From an uncultured Candidatus Saccharibacteria bacterium (GTDB taxonomy: Bacteria > Patescibacteriota > Saccharimonadia > Saccharimonadales > Saccharimonadaceae): DNA of 42,080 nucleotides. Under the pieces are notes generated by a model. That model worked only from the letters and a program-made list of their open reading frames with translations. It searched no databases and had not been told where the DNA came from. Positions within the stretch are counted from its first letter, which is position 1. Every line of letters starts with the position of its first letter. Below are positions 35,253-42,080 of this stretch, piece by piece. The DNA lies in the NCBI GenBank assembly GCA_964609915.1, contig CAZSTN010000001.1, positions 1 to 42,080 of the forward strand, in the 5' to 3' direction. The position numbers were made by a program, and so were the translations under genes.

Positions 35253-36326
35253 TTAGTCGTCTTGCTGAGGTTTATCGACAATCATTGCATCGATAGTTTT
35301 CGGAGAGCCTGCTATCTTGACGACATCGGTATCAACCTTAGACAATTCCTTGTGAGCATTATTATAATGCCCGACTGTCGTGCCAAGAGATTTACCTAGC
35401 TTCTCCATATACGAGTTAAAGGCTCCTATATGACGTCCTAGCTTGCCAACTTGAGTTTGTATATCTTTAGCCTGTTCTTCTATTTGCAGGCTTCGTAGGC
35501 CCTGTAGAACCGTCTGGAGGTAGGCCATGAAGCTGGTTGGACTAACAATGATAACTTGCTTGTCTCTGAAGGCATACTCAATTAGGTCCCGAGCGCTTGA
35601 GCCAGTACCGACATCGCCTATCAAAAGATCGTAGTAAAGAGATTCACTCGGGATGAACATAAAGGCAAAATCCATAGTCCCTTCCGAAGGTTTAATGTAA
35701 CTACTAGTTTCGTCTATGCGACCCTTCAGGTCATTGCGGACCTTCTTTAGAAGCTCTGCCCTCTCGGTTTTATCTTTGGCAGATACCATCCTGTTGTAAT
35801 TCTCGAGGCTAAACTTACTGTCAACCGCTAGTATTTTGCCTTTGTCTAAAAACACCACGGCATCGGCAATTGAGCCGTCCTTAAAGGCATATTGCATCTT
35901 GAAGTGCTTAGCCGGTAAGATATTTAATAAAACAGACTCTAAATAATATTCACCGAATACACCCCTTTGTTTTGGGTTTTGCAAAACATTTTGAAGAGTC
36001 TTCAGCTCATCAGCCACGTCGACCACTCGGCGGTTTGTTTCATCTAGCTTAGCTAGACGTTGAGTGACGTCACCGACAATCTTCATACTCTCTGTCAGCT
36101 GTTTTTGAACTGAACTCTGCACCTGGGTGGCGTTTCGCTCCAACTTGTCACCAACAGACTCCTGAAGCTGGCTAACTGACCGAGAAAGCTCGACTAGGTC
36201 GGTTTTCAATAATCCGACACCGCTGTCGTTCTTAAGTTCGCGCAAACGAGCCGAAACTACAAAAAGTCCGACAACTAGTGCAACTATTACAATAATTAAC
36301 AATGTTACTAAAATTACTTGATCCAT
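35253..36326 (-). CDS. rmuC: DNA recombination protein RmuC
   Basis: N-terminal TM helix and coiled coil; NPKQRGVFGE..LE, DAVV, VDSKFSL, T.DFAFMFIPSE, VSPT. Confidence 0.93.
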   Translation of the reverse strand: MDQVILVTLLIIVIVALVVGLFVVSARLRELKNDSGVGLLKTDLVELSRSVSQLQESVGDKLERNATQVQSSVQKQLTESMKIVGDVTQRLAKLDETNRRVVDVADELKTLQNVLQNPKQRGVFGEYYLESVLLNILPAKHFKMQYAFKDGSIADAVVFLDKGKILAVDSKFSLENYNRMVSAKDKTERAELLKKVRNDLKGRIDETSSYIKPSEGTMDFAFMFIPSESLYYDLLIGDVGTGSSARDLIEYAFRDKQVIIVSPTSFMAYLQTVLQGLRSLQIEEQAKDIQTQVGKLGRHIGAFNSYMEKLGKSLGTTVGHYNNAHKELSKVDTDVVKIAGSPKTIDAMIVDKPQQDD

Positions 36327-36344
36327 AGACCAAGTATAGCACTC

Positions 36345-36785
36345 TTACAGGAGGTTGAGGGCAGCTACTATCGCAATTACAACCAGCGATGCAACAACTA
36401 AGACAAACCAAGTTTCTCGAATCCGAACAACCAGCCCGAACAAGGTATAAGAAGCGCCAAAGAACGCCAAGGACCAAAGCAACGATTCTATGTACGACAG
36501 TCCGTCAAGGTAACCACCTAAAGACCAGAGTATAACCGAGGATGCTATGGCAATAACTAGAGGCCTTGGCTCAGACCACTGTATCAATAGGTAAGCCCCT
36601 AAGACAGTCACGCCAATAACCGCAACCGAACCGGCATTTTGAGAAACGTCTAATACGTTATTTAGCAACAAGCTCCAGAATATCCACCAAGCCGCACCAA
36701 CTATTAAGCCTATGACTAGCGGTCGCAACCAGAAAAAATTACCGGGAGCAACAATAGAATGTTTATCTTCTACTACCTTTGCCAT
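36345..36785 (-). CDS. Hypothetical polytopic membrane protein
   Basis: About 5 hydrophobic segments; likely start MAKVVEDK at 36785, overlapping the PAP2 gene end by 23 nt. Confidence 0.7.
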   Translation of the reverse strand: MAKVVEDKHSIVAPGNFFWLRPLVIGLIVGAAWWIFWSLLLNNVLDVSQNAGSVAVIGVTVLGAYLLIQWSEPRPLVIAIASSVILWSLGGYLDGLSYIESLLWSLAFFGASYTLFGLVVRIRETWFVLVVASLVVIAIVAALNLL

Positions 36786-37266
36786 TGTTCTTTCTCCTCT
36801 TCTGCCCGCCCTTTGGTTTATTACTGTACCACATTGCACCAATTAGTGCGATAACTAAACCACCAATAACATCTAGCGGTGTGTGTACGAGAGCCAGAAT
36901 TCTACCTAAGCCCACCAGTGCTGTCATAGAGGCTAGCAAAATTGTCGCACCCTTTTTCCTGGTCTCAAACCAAACCGCACAAACCAAAGCAGTCACAAAT
37001 AGCATGTGGTCAGACGGAAAGCCTGGATTGTCTAGATATGAAGCCCCCGGGTCGACCCCCATGGCTTCGAAAGGTCGAACATCGGTTGGCTGATAAACAG
37101 CACCTACTAACTTTGCCAATAGATAAGCCGTCAAGCCAGCGAGCAGTATTCTAGAGTAAGATTCGAATCGTCGGTCTTTAGGTACGTGCCGAATTAAATA
37201 ATAACTAGCGATAATAACAATCGGTACAACTAACAAGTCAGCTATGATTTTAATTATTAAGTCCAT
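36763..37266 (-). CDS. PAP2 family phosphatase (BcrC-like undecaprenyl-diphosphatase)
   Basis: C1 RP, C2 FPSDH and C3 GRILALVH.PLD motifs, with TM helices. Confidence 0.88.
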   Translation of the reverse strand: MDLIIKIIADLLVVPIVIIASYYLIRHVPKDRRFESYSRILLAGLTAYLLAKLVGAVYQPTDVRPFEAMGVDPGASYLDNPGFPSDHMLFVTALVCAVWFETRKKGATILLASMTALVGLGRILALVHTPLDVIGGLVIALIGAMWYSNKPKGGQKRRKNNGKGSRR

Positions 37267-37380
37267 TACCTCTAATAATACCTCAAAATAAGCACAATCT
37301 GCAAAAAGTTAATGATTATTAAAAAATTGACGTGTAGAGTAGTAGATAGTAATTAGTAAAAAGTGAGGGTAAGTTGCAGG

Positions 37381-38064
37381 ATGAAAATACTAATAATCGA
37401 AGACAGCCAAAGAATGTCAGATCGAATAGCTAGTCGGCTAAAAGGTAGTTACACCCTAGAAGCCGTCAATACTGGACATAAAGGCATAGCCGCTGTATCC
37501 GATAGAAGATTTGACCTAATAATTCTTGACCTTGGGCTGCCTGACATGCACGGCTCAACTGTTTGTCAGACAATTAGGAAAAATCTACAAGACGTCCCAA
37601 TCTTAATTCTTACAGGAGAAGATGAGCCGCTCAAAAAAGCCGAATTGCTCCGACTAGGAGCGGACGACTATCTAACTAAGCCTTTCAACGAAGAAGAACT
37701 AAAAGCCAGAATAGAATCGCTTTTGCGCAGAAGGTCTCGCTTACCAGCCTCAAGCTCTATGATTATCGACGATTTAACTATCGACATTATCAGAAGAGAA
37801 GTATCCAGGGCTGGCGAAAAAGTCAAACTTAGGAGAAAAGAGTTTGACATCTTAGAGTACCTCGCAATGCACGAAGGTGAAATCGTCAGAAGAGAAAATA
37901 TAATGCACCACGCCTGGAATGCTGACGGCAACGGCTGGACTGGCTCGGTCGATGTCCACATTAAACACCTCAGAGATAAAATAGACAAGCCTTTTAGCTA
38001 TCCGCTCATTAGGACAGTCTACGGTGTTGGCTATATGCTAGAAGGTCGAAAAAAAGATGATTAA
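37381..38064 (+). CDS. OmpR/PhoB-family response regulator
   Basis: MKILIIED, IILDLGLPD, LILT, GADDYLTKPF, winged helix VDVHIKHLRDKI...IRTVYGVGY. Confidence 0.95.
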   Translation: MKILIIEDSQRMSDRIASRLKGSYTLEAVNTGHKGIAAVSDRRFDLIILDLGLPDMHGSTVCQTIRKNLQDVPILILTGEDEPLKKAELLRLGADDYLTKPFNEEELKARIESLLRRRSRLPASSSMIIDDLTIDIIRREVSRAGEKVKLRRKEFDILEYLAMHEGEIVRRENIMHHAWNADGNGWTGSVDVHIKHLRDKIDKPFSYPLIRTVYGVGYMLEGRKKDD

Positions 38065-39340
38065 GGCAGAACTAGAAAAGATAAACCAATCAATAACCAA
38101 AGTTATAACAACAGGGACATTAATTATTTCCGCAACGACGACTTTGTCTTTAGCTATTCTTGGACTTTTATCCACCGATAGCTCGGCAATTTCCATGTCG
38201 CTAGTCTGTCTTGCTATAGCAACCTATTCGGCGGTCATCTTGGTCATACATAAACTCGGCTACTACAGAATAGGTAGCGTCATGATGGTCGTGTTGTACG
38301 CCTGTCTATCTACGGCGCTTCTGCTTAGTGATAAGTTAGGGTCTACCCCTGGCTACATGCTTCTGGGTATAACAATTTTTATAGTCAGCGCCACGCTTCA
38401 AACAAAATACATCATTTCTGCAGCCTGCGCCGCCGTTTTACTGGCTCTGCTTGTACTATTTGCAAAGGGTGAGCTATTTGATCAACCAGAGCTAACTATA
38501 ATAAATTCCGGTACACTGCTAGTCTTTGGCCTGATGAGCTGGCTGGGAAACTCGAAGATACTCAGCCTCATAAGAAGAGTTAGCGAGGCTGAAAAATCTC
38601 TTGAGATTCGCAACCAACAACTAGAGTCGATGCTTGAAAAAGAGACTGCACTGCTAAAGGACGCTAAATTAACCGAATCAACCCATTTATATCTATTCGC
38701 AAAAATTGGTCAAACTTCGGTCTCGTTGATGCACGACCTCATTAACAATCTAAGCATTCTAAAAATGGACATCGAAAGCTTAGCCAGAAAAGACACGCTG
38801 ATTAAGTCTTCGGAAAGAGTAAAAGAAAGTATTGAATATATCGTCGAAATGGCCAGAGAAGCCAAAAAATGCGTTACTCCAAAAGAGCATTATGAAATGT
38901 TTGATGTATTGGAGGTTCTCGACAAAGAAATAATAAAATTCAAAAAGAGTAAAAGAAGCAAGTTTCTAAAGATTATTAGCAAAATTCCCAAAGACAGGCA
39001 GGTAATAATATCTGGCAATCCCAGAAACCTTATAGACACTATTTCAACTATAATGAATAATTCCTACGACGCCTGCCGACCAGATGAATACTCCGTCATA
39101 CGAATTGAGGCCGGCTTAATTGACGAACGCCTAGTGATATCAGTATCAGACAGCGGGTCGCCCATAAAAGAAGACGACGTAGCCTATTTGTTTGCACCAC
39201 GAGAAAGCGCTAAAGTAAACGGCATGGGTATGGGCTTATATCTGGCTAAGTCAATAATAGAATCTCAATTTGAAGGCGAGATTCTCTACACTAACAAGCC
39301 CGACAAAAAGTTTATTATAAAAATACCTGTTTCGATATAA
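38057..39340 (+). CDS. Membrane sensor histidine kinase
   Basis: Five to six TM helices, coiled coil, H-box HDLINNL, N-box NNSYDA, DSG, G2 GMGMGLYL; overlaps the regulator by 8 nt. Confidence 0.9.
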   Translation: MIKAELEKINQSITKVITTGTLIISATTTLSLAILGLLSTDSSAISMSLVCLAIATYSAVILVIHKLGYYRIGSVMMVVLYACLSTALLLSDKLGSTPGYMLLGITIFIVSATLQTKYIISAACAAVLLALLVLFAKGELFDQPELTIINSGTLLVFGLMSWLGNSKILSLIRRVSEAEKSLEIRNQQLESMLEKETALLKDAKLTESTHLYLFAKIGQTSVSLMHDLINNLSILKMDIESLARKDTLIKSSERVKESIEYIVEMAREAKKCVTPKEHYEMFDVLEVLDKEIIKFKKSKRSKFLKIISKIPKDRQVIISGNPRNLIDTISTIMNNSYDACRPDEYSVIRIEAGLIDERLVISVSDSGSPIKEDDVAYLFAPRESAKVNGMGMGLYLAKSIIESQFEGEILYTNKPDKKFIIKIPVSI

Positions 39341-39350
39341 AAAAGCCCAT

Positions 39351-39382
39351 AAAAAATACACCGCCAAACAGCGGTGTATTTA
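39351..39382. terminator. Intrinsic terminator (probably bidirectional) between kinase and RRM gene
   Basis: AAATACACCGC-6 nt loop-GCGGTGTATTT perfect stem with an A tract on its left. Confidence 0.85.
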
Positions 39383-39394
39383 ATTGACTAAGGA

Positions 39395-39703
39395 CTACCA
39401 GCTACGCTGACGGAATGATGATCCGCCTTCGTTGCGTGGCTGCCTAGGTCGATCGTCTTTTGGACGAGCAACGGTGACCGAAATAGGTCGGCCGTCAAGC
39501 TCTTTTCCGTCAAGACTGTCGATGGCTTTTTGGTTGTTTGCTTCATCAGCAAACTCAACAAAGCCAAAACCGCGTGAGCGACTAGTTTCTCGGTCTGTTA
39601 CGACACGAGCACTAGAAACTTCGCCGATTTGCTCAAAATGAGCACGTAGAGTATCGTCAGTGGTTGCGTATGCAAGACTTCCGATAAAAAGATTCTGTGG
39701 CAT
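39395..39703 (-). CDS. Single-RRM RNA-binding protein
   Basis: RNP2 LFIGSL, RNP1 RGFGFVEF, LDGRPISV..ARP, Arg/Gly-rich tail. Confidence 0.95.
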   Translation of the reverse strand: MPQNLFIGSLAYATTDDTLRAHFEQIGEVSSARVVTDRETSRSRGFGFVEFADEANNQKAIDSLDGKELDGRPISVTVARPKDDRPRQPRNEGGSSFRQRSW

Positions 39704-39867
39704 GAATGAAATTCTCTCTAGTTAATAACTTATTGCGCCAGATCGACCTCTGCGTACGATGCTATTGAAAGATATTCTCATTCTCTAGCGGAGAATTCCC
39801 CACTTCGCTGCACTTCTGAACACTCTTATTAAAGCACAGTTTGTCAAAATCTGCTATAATTTTATTT

Positions 39868-40350
39868 ATGAAAAGCAGAAAAGGTTTCACTATAGTAGAA
39901 GTCGTTGTTATTATAACAACAATAGCCCTGCTAACCGGCCTTGGAATCGCTGGGCTAAACTGGCATCTTTCCTCGTCCAGAGATGAAGTGAGACTATCAA
40001 AAGCCAATGTGGTGGCAAACTCTCTTGAAAAATATTACGAAGAGAATGGAGAGTACCCTTCACCGTTGGCAATATCGGGTACTATCCCAGAAAACTCTGG
40101 CAGCGTTGTCGCAGAACTTCTGGGTATCGAAAGGGACAATTTGACCTTTCCGTCTTCCCATGAAGAGGTCACTAACGTCATAGTGACAACTCCGGTGGCG
40201 AATGAGGACGTTCTTGTTTATTCAGCCACCGCCACGCCCCTATCCCGTTGTACCGGTAGCGCCTCTGGTGGTTGCGACTCTTTTAGCCTGTCTTTCGTAA
40301 ATGATTTAGACGGACAAACCGTCACTATACGTAGCCTTAAGGGTAATTAA
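39868..40350 (+). CDS. Type IV pilin/pseudopilin-like protein
   Basis: Class III signal MKSRKG/FTIVE plus hydrophobic helix; LEKYYEENGEYP; C-terminal Cys pair; ATG 39868 lies 7 nt after TG-C-TATAAT. Confidence 0.9.
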   Translation: MKSRKGFTIVEVVVIITTIALLTGLGIAGLNWHLSSSRDEVRLSKANVVANSLEKYYEENGEYPSPLAISGTIPENSGSVVAELLGIERDNLTFPSSHEEVTNVIVTTPVANEDVLVYSATATPLSRCTGSASGGCDSFSLSFVNDLDGQTVTIRSLKGN

Positions 40351-40356
40351 TCTAGA

Positions 40357-41436
40357 ATGCATGTTTTTTACGACGCTAGGTGGATACTAGTCGAAGATCG
40401 TTTTGACGGGGTAAGCCGTTACAGTCATGAGCTGGCTTGGGCGATGAGCAAAATTCCCGACTTAGATTTAACCTGGATAGTCCACGATAAGCGTCAGCTC
40501 AAGAAACTGCCCGAAGGCAATCATCTGTTGGTGAACTCGCCTTCAAGTCCGCTAGACGAACTATTTTTACCTCGAAAACTTAACAAAGCAGGTGCTAAAA
40601 TCGTCTACTCGCCCTTTTTCGTCATGGGGACGCTTGGTAAAAAATACAAACTCGTCCTGACTATACATGACTTGATTTATTTTAAATACCGAACACCTCC
40701 GCAATGGTTGCCGTGGCTCATAAGATTGAGCTGGAGGCTATTTCACCTCACCTATTGGCCGATGCGCTGGCAACTTAACAGAGCCGACCACATAGCAACA
40801 GTTAGCGAAACCGCCAAGAGCGAACTAATAAAAGTCAGGGCAACCGCACGTCCAATAACGCCTGTCAAAAACGCCGCCAGCCAAATCTTCAACTCGTCAC
40901 CCAGAAGCCACAGCGACAGCACCTCAGTAGTCTACACGGGCGCATTTACTCCGTATAAAAACGTCGAGTGTATCATCGATGCCGTAGCTCTGCTGCCAGA
41001 CGTTAAGCTGCATATTTGCAGTAAAATACCTTCTGGCAGAAGAAGCTCACTAGAAAGCTACCTAAAAGAGAGGGGCGTTTTCGAACGAACAGTATTGCAC
41101 AACGGCGTAACTGACGAAGAATACCGTAACATCCTCACTGAATCAAGGTGTGCGATAAGCGCCAGTCGCATCGAAGGCTTCGGACTACCACTTATCGAAG
41201 CTCAACAAGCCGGAGTGCCTTTCGTAGCCGCTGATACGGACATCTTCCGAGAGATCGGTGACCAAAGTGTGCTATATTTCAACCCCGACTCACCAGAAGA
41301 AGCCGCTGAACAGATAAAATCACTAAGCGACCCTGAAGTAAACGAACGTTACTCACAGCTTGGTACAGAAAACTCCGCAAGATACACTTGGCAAAAAAGT
41401 GCCGAAGCTAGTTTTAATCTTTGCAAATTGCTGTAA
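40357..41436 (+). CDS. GT4 (GT-B fold) glycosyltransferase
   Basis: DAR, GVSRY, TIHDLI, VSE, YKN, EGFGLPLIEA, YTW. Confidence 0.92.
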   Translation: MHVFYDARWILVEDRFDGVSRYSHELAWAMSKIPDLDLTWIVHDKRQLKKLPEGNHLLVNSPSSPLDELFLPRKLNKAGAKIVYSPFFVMGTLGKKYKLVLTIHDLIYFKYRTPPQWLPWLIRLSWRLFHLTYWPMRWQLNRADHIATVSETAKSELIKVRATARPITPVKNAASQIFNSSPRSHSDSTSVVYTGAFTPYKNVECIIDAVALLPDVKLHICSKIPSGRRSSLESYLKERGVFERTVLHNGVTDEEYRNILTESRCAISASRIEGFGLPLIEAQQAGVPFVAADTDIFREIGDQSVLYFNPDSPEEAAEQIKSLSDPEVNERYSQLGTENSARYTWQKSAEASFNLCKLL

Positions 41437-42079
41437 TTTCTTTTGCCAGCAGGTTATTATATCGGCCCATTATTTCATGGCCAACTATAAATTTACGAAC
41501 AGAAATATTTTCGTAGCTCTTCCCTAGTTTTTCAATATATTTAGCAATTATTACCACGTCTAAGCTTCCGTACAGTATTAGGATTGGTAATCTCAACTTG
41601 GCAACGTCGACCAAAGAGGTTTGGTTAACGATAGCCGAACTGAGAGCTGACACATAAGAGCTAACGTTATCCTTATTCAGAGAGAAGGCCTTGCTAACAA
41701 GCCCAGCCTTAACGGCCAGTGGCGCAAGCGAAACCAACCTATCCGGATTACGCCTAGCGGATTCGTAAATATCTTTTAGTAGCCTCTCGTAAGAGATCTT
41801 CTTAGTAATACTGGGCTGATAAAAAGGCGGGCTGCAAAGCACCAATCTTTTAACCAAAAAACGATACCTCTTCGCAACAGCAACCGAAACTAAAGCGCCC
41901 AAAGAGTGTCCAACCAAAATAACTGGTCCGGTGAGCCTCAACTTCAAAAGTGTAAAACCAACCGACCTGGCCTGCCATTTAGCATTATAATTAGCTCGAG
42001 ACGGTTTTGGCGACCGACCAAAACCAATCAAATCTAGACCTATTATGCGTACGTCTTTAGGTAGAAGCGGTATTAGCTG
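41414..42079 (-). CDS. Alpha/beta hydrolase (5' end lies beyond the window)
   Basis: Frame stays open to the window edge (QLIPLLPKDVRIIGLDLIGFGRSPKP); GHSLG nucleophile elbow, G.LD acid and GH catalytic His. Confidence 0.88.
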   Translation of the reverse strand, partial: QLIPLLPKDVRIIGLDLIGFGRSPKPSRANYNAKWQARSVGFTLLKLRLTGPVILVGHSLGALVSVAVAKRYRFLVKRLVLCSPPFYQPSITKKISYERLLKDIYESARRNPDRLVSLAPLAVKAGLVSKAFSLNKDNVSSYVSALSSAIVNQTSLVDVAKLRLPILILYGSLDVVIIAKYIEKLGKSYENISVRKFIVGHEIMGRYNNLLAKEITAICKD

Positions 42080-42080
42080 G

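Noticed and set aside
37308-37326. Fur-box-like sequence upstream of the response regulator
   Set aside because: Only about 12 of 19 positions match in AT-rich DNA, and there are no iron-related genes nearby.
859-39641. Numerous 60-160 aa ORFs antisense to or nested in recognised genes (e.g. 3810-4148, 26194-26670, 29019-29354, 37668-37988)
   Set aside because: Shadow frames of well-supported genes, with no motifs or initiation signals.
39762-40007. 81-aa minus-strand ORF upstream of the RRM gene
   Set aside because: Largely antisense to the pilin gene and crosses its promoter; no recognisable features.
1-42080. Alternative genetic code (UGA=Gly), CRISPR arrays, tRNA/rRNA, IS elements or prophage
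   Set aside because: TGA ends genes at the expected places (rpiB, tktN, pheS, PLD) and long genes are uninterrupted; intergenic gaps are mostly too short for such elements and I saw no diagnostic motifs.

Overview
Gene-dense chromosomal window (about 43 genes, very short intergenic gaps, several convergent overlaps, standard code 11 because TGA acts as a stop). It looks like a small-genome Patescibacteria/CPR bacterium, most likely Saccharibacteria; this is inferred from gene content and style, not from a marker-gene search. Housekeeping genes: pepN, rnhB, rplS, dnaE, gatCAB, uvrB, rel, ppa, trxB, pheST, rmuC. There is also a PilB/GspE ATPase, a type IV pilin, a two-component system and an aquaporin. 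The central feature is a same-strand carbon-metabolism cluster, gap-rpiB-rpe-tktN-tktC-fba-pfkB, ending in a 650-aa fusion of an unrecognised ~410-aa domain to a LOG-family nucleotide phosphoribohydrolase. This is the best candidate for an undescribed system: a putative nucleotide-to-pentose-phosphate salvage pathway with no transaldolase in the cluster. Other oddities: a membrane-anchored protein with a HEPN-like RxxxxH motif coupled between gatA and gatB, an RNase HII-YraN fusion, a cysteine-free PilB, an aquaporin lacking the filter arginine, a C-terminally short Rel, and near-leaderless promoter geometry at about 15 genes. I found no rRNA, tRNA, CRISPR array, transposase, integrase or prophage. 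All calls come from reading motifs by eye; no searches were run.
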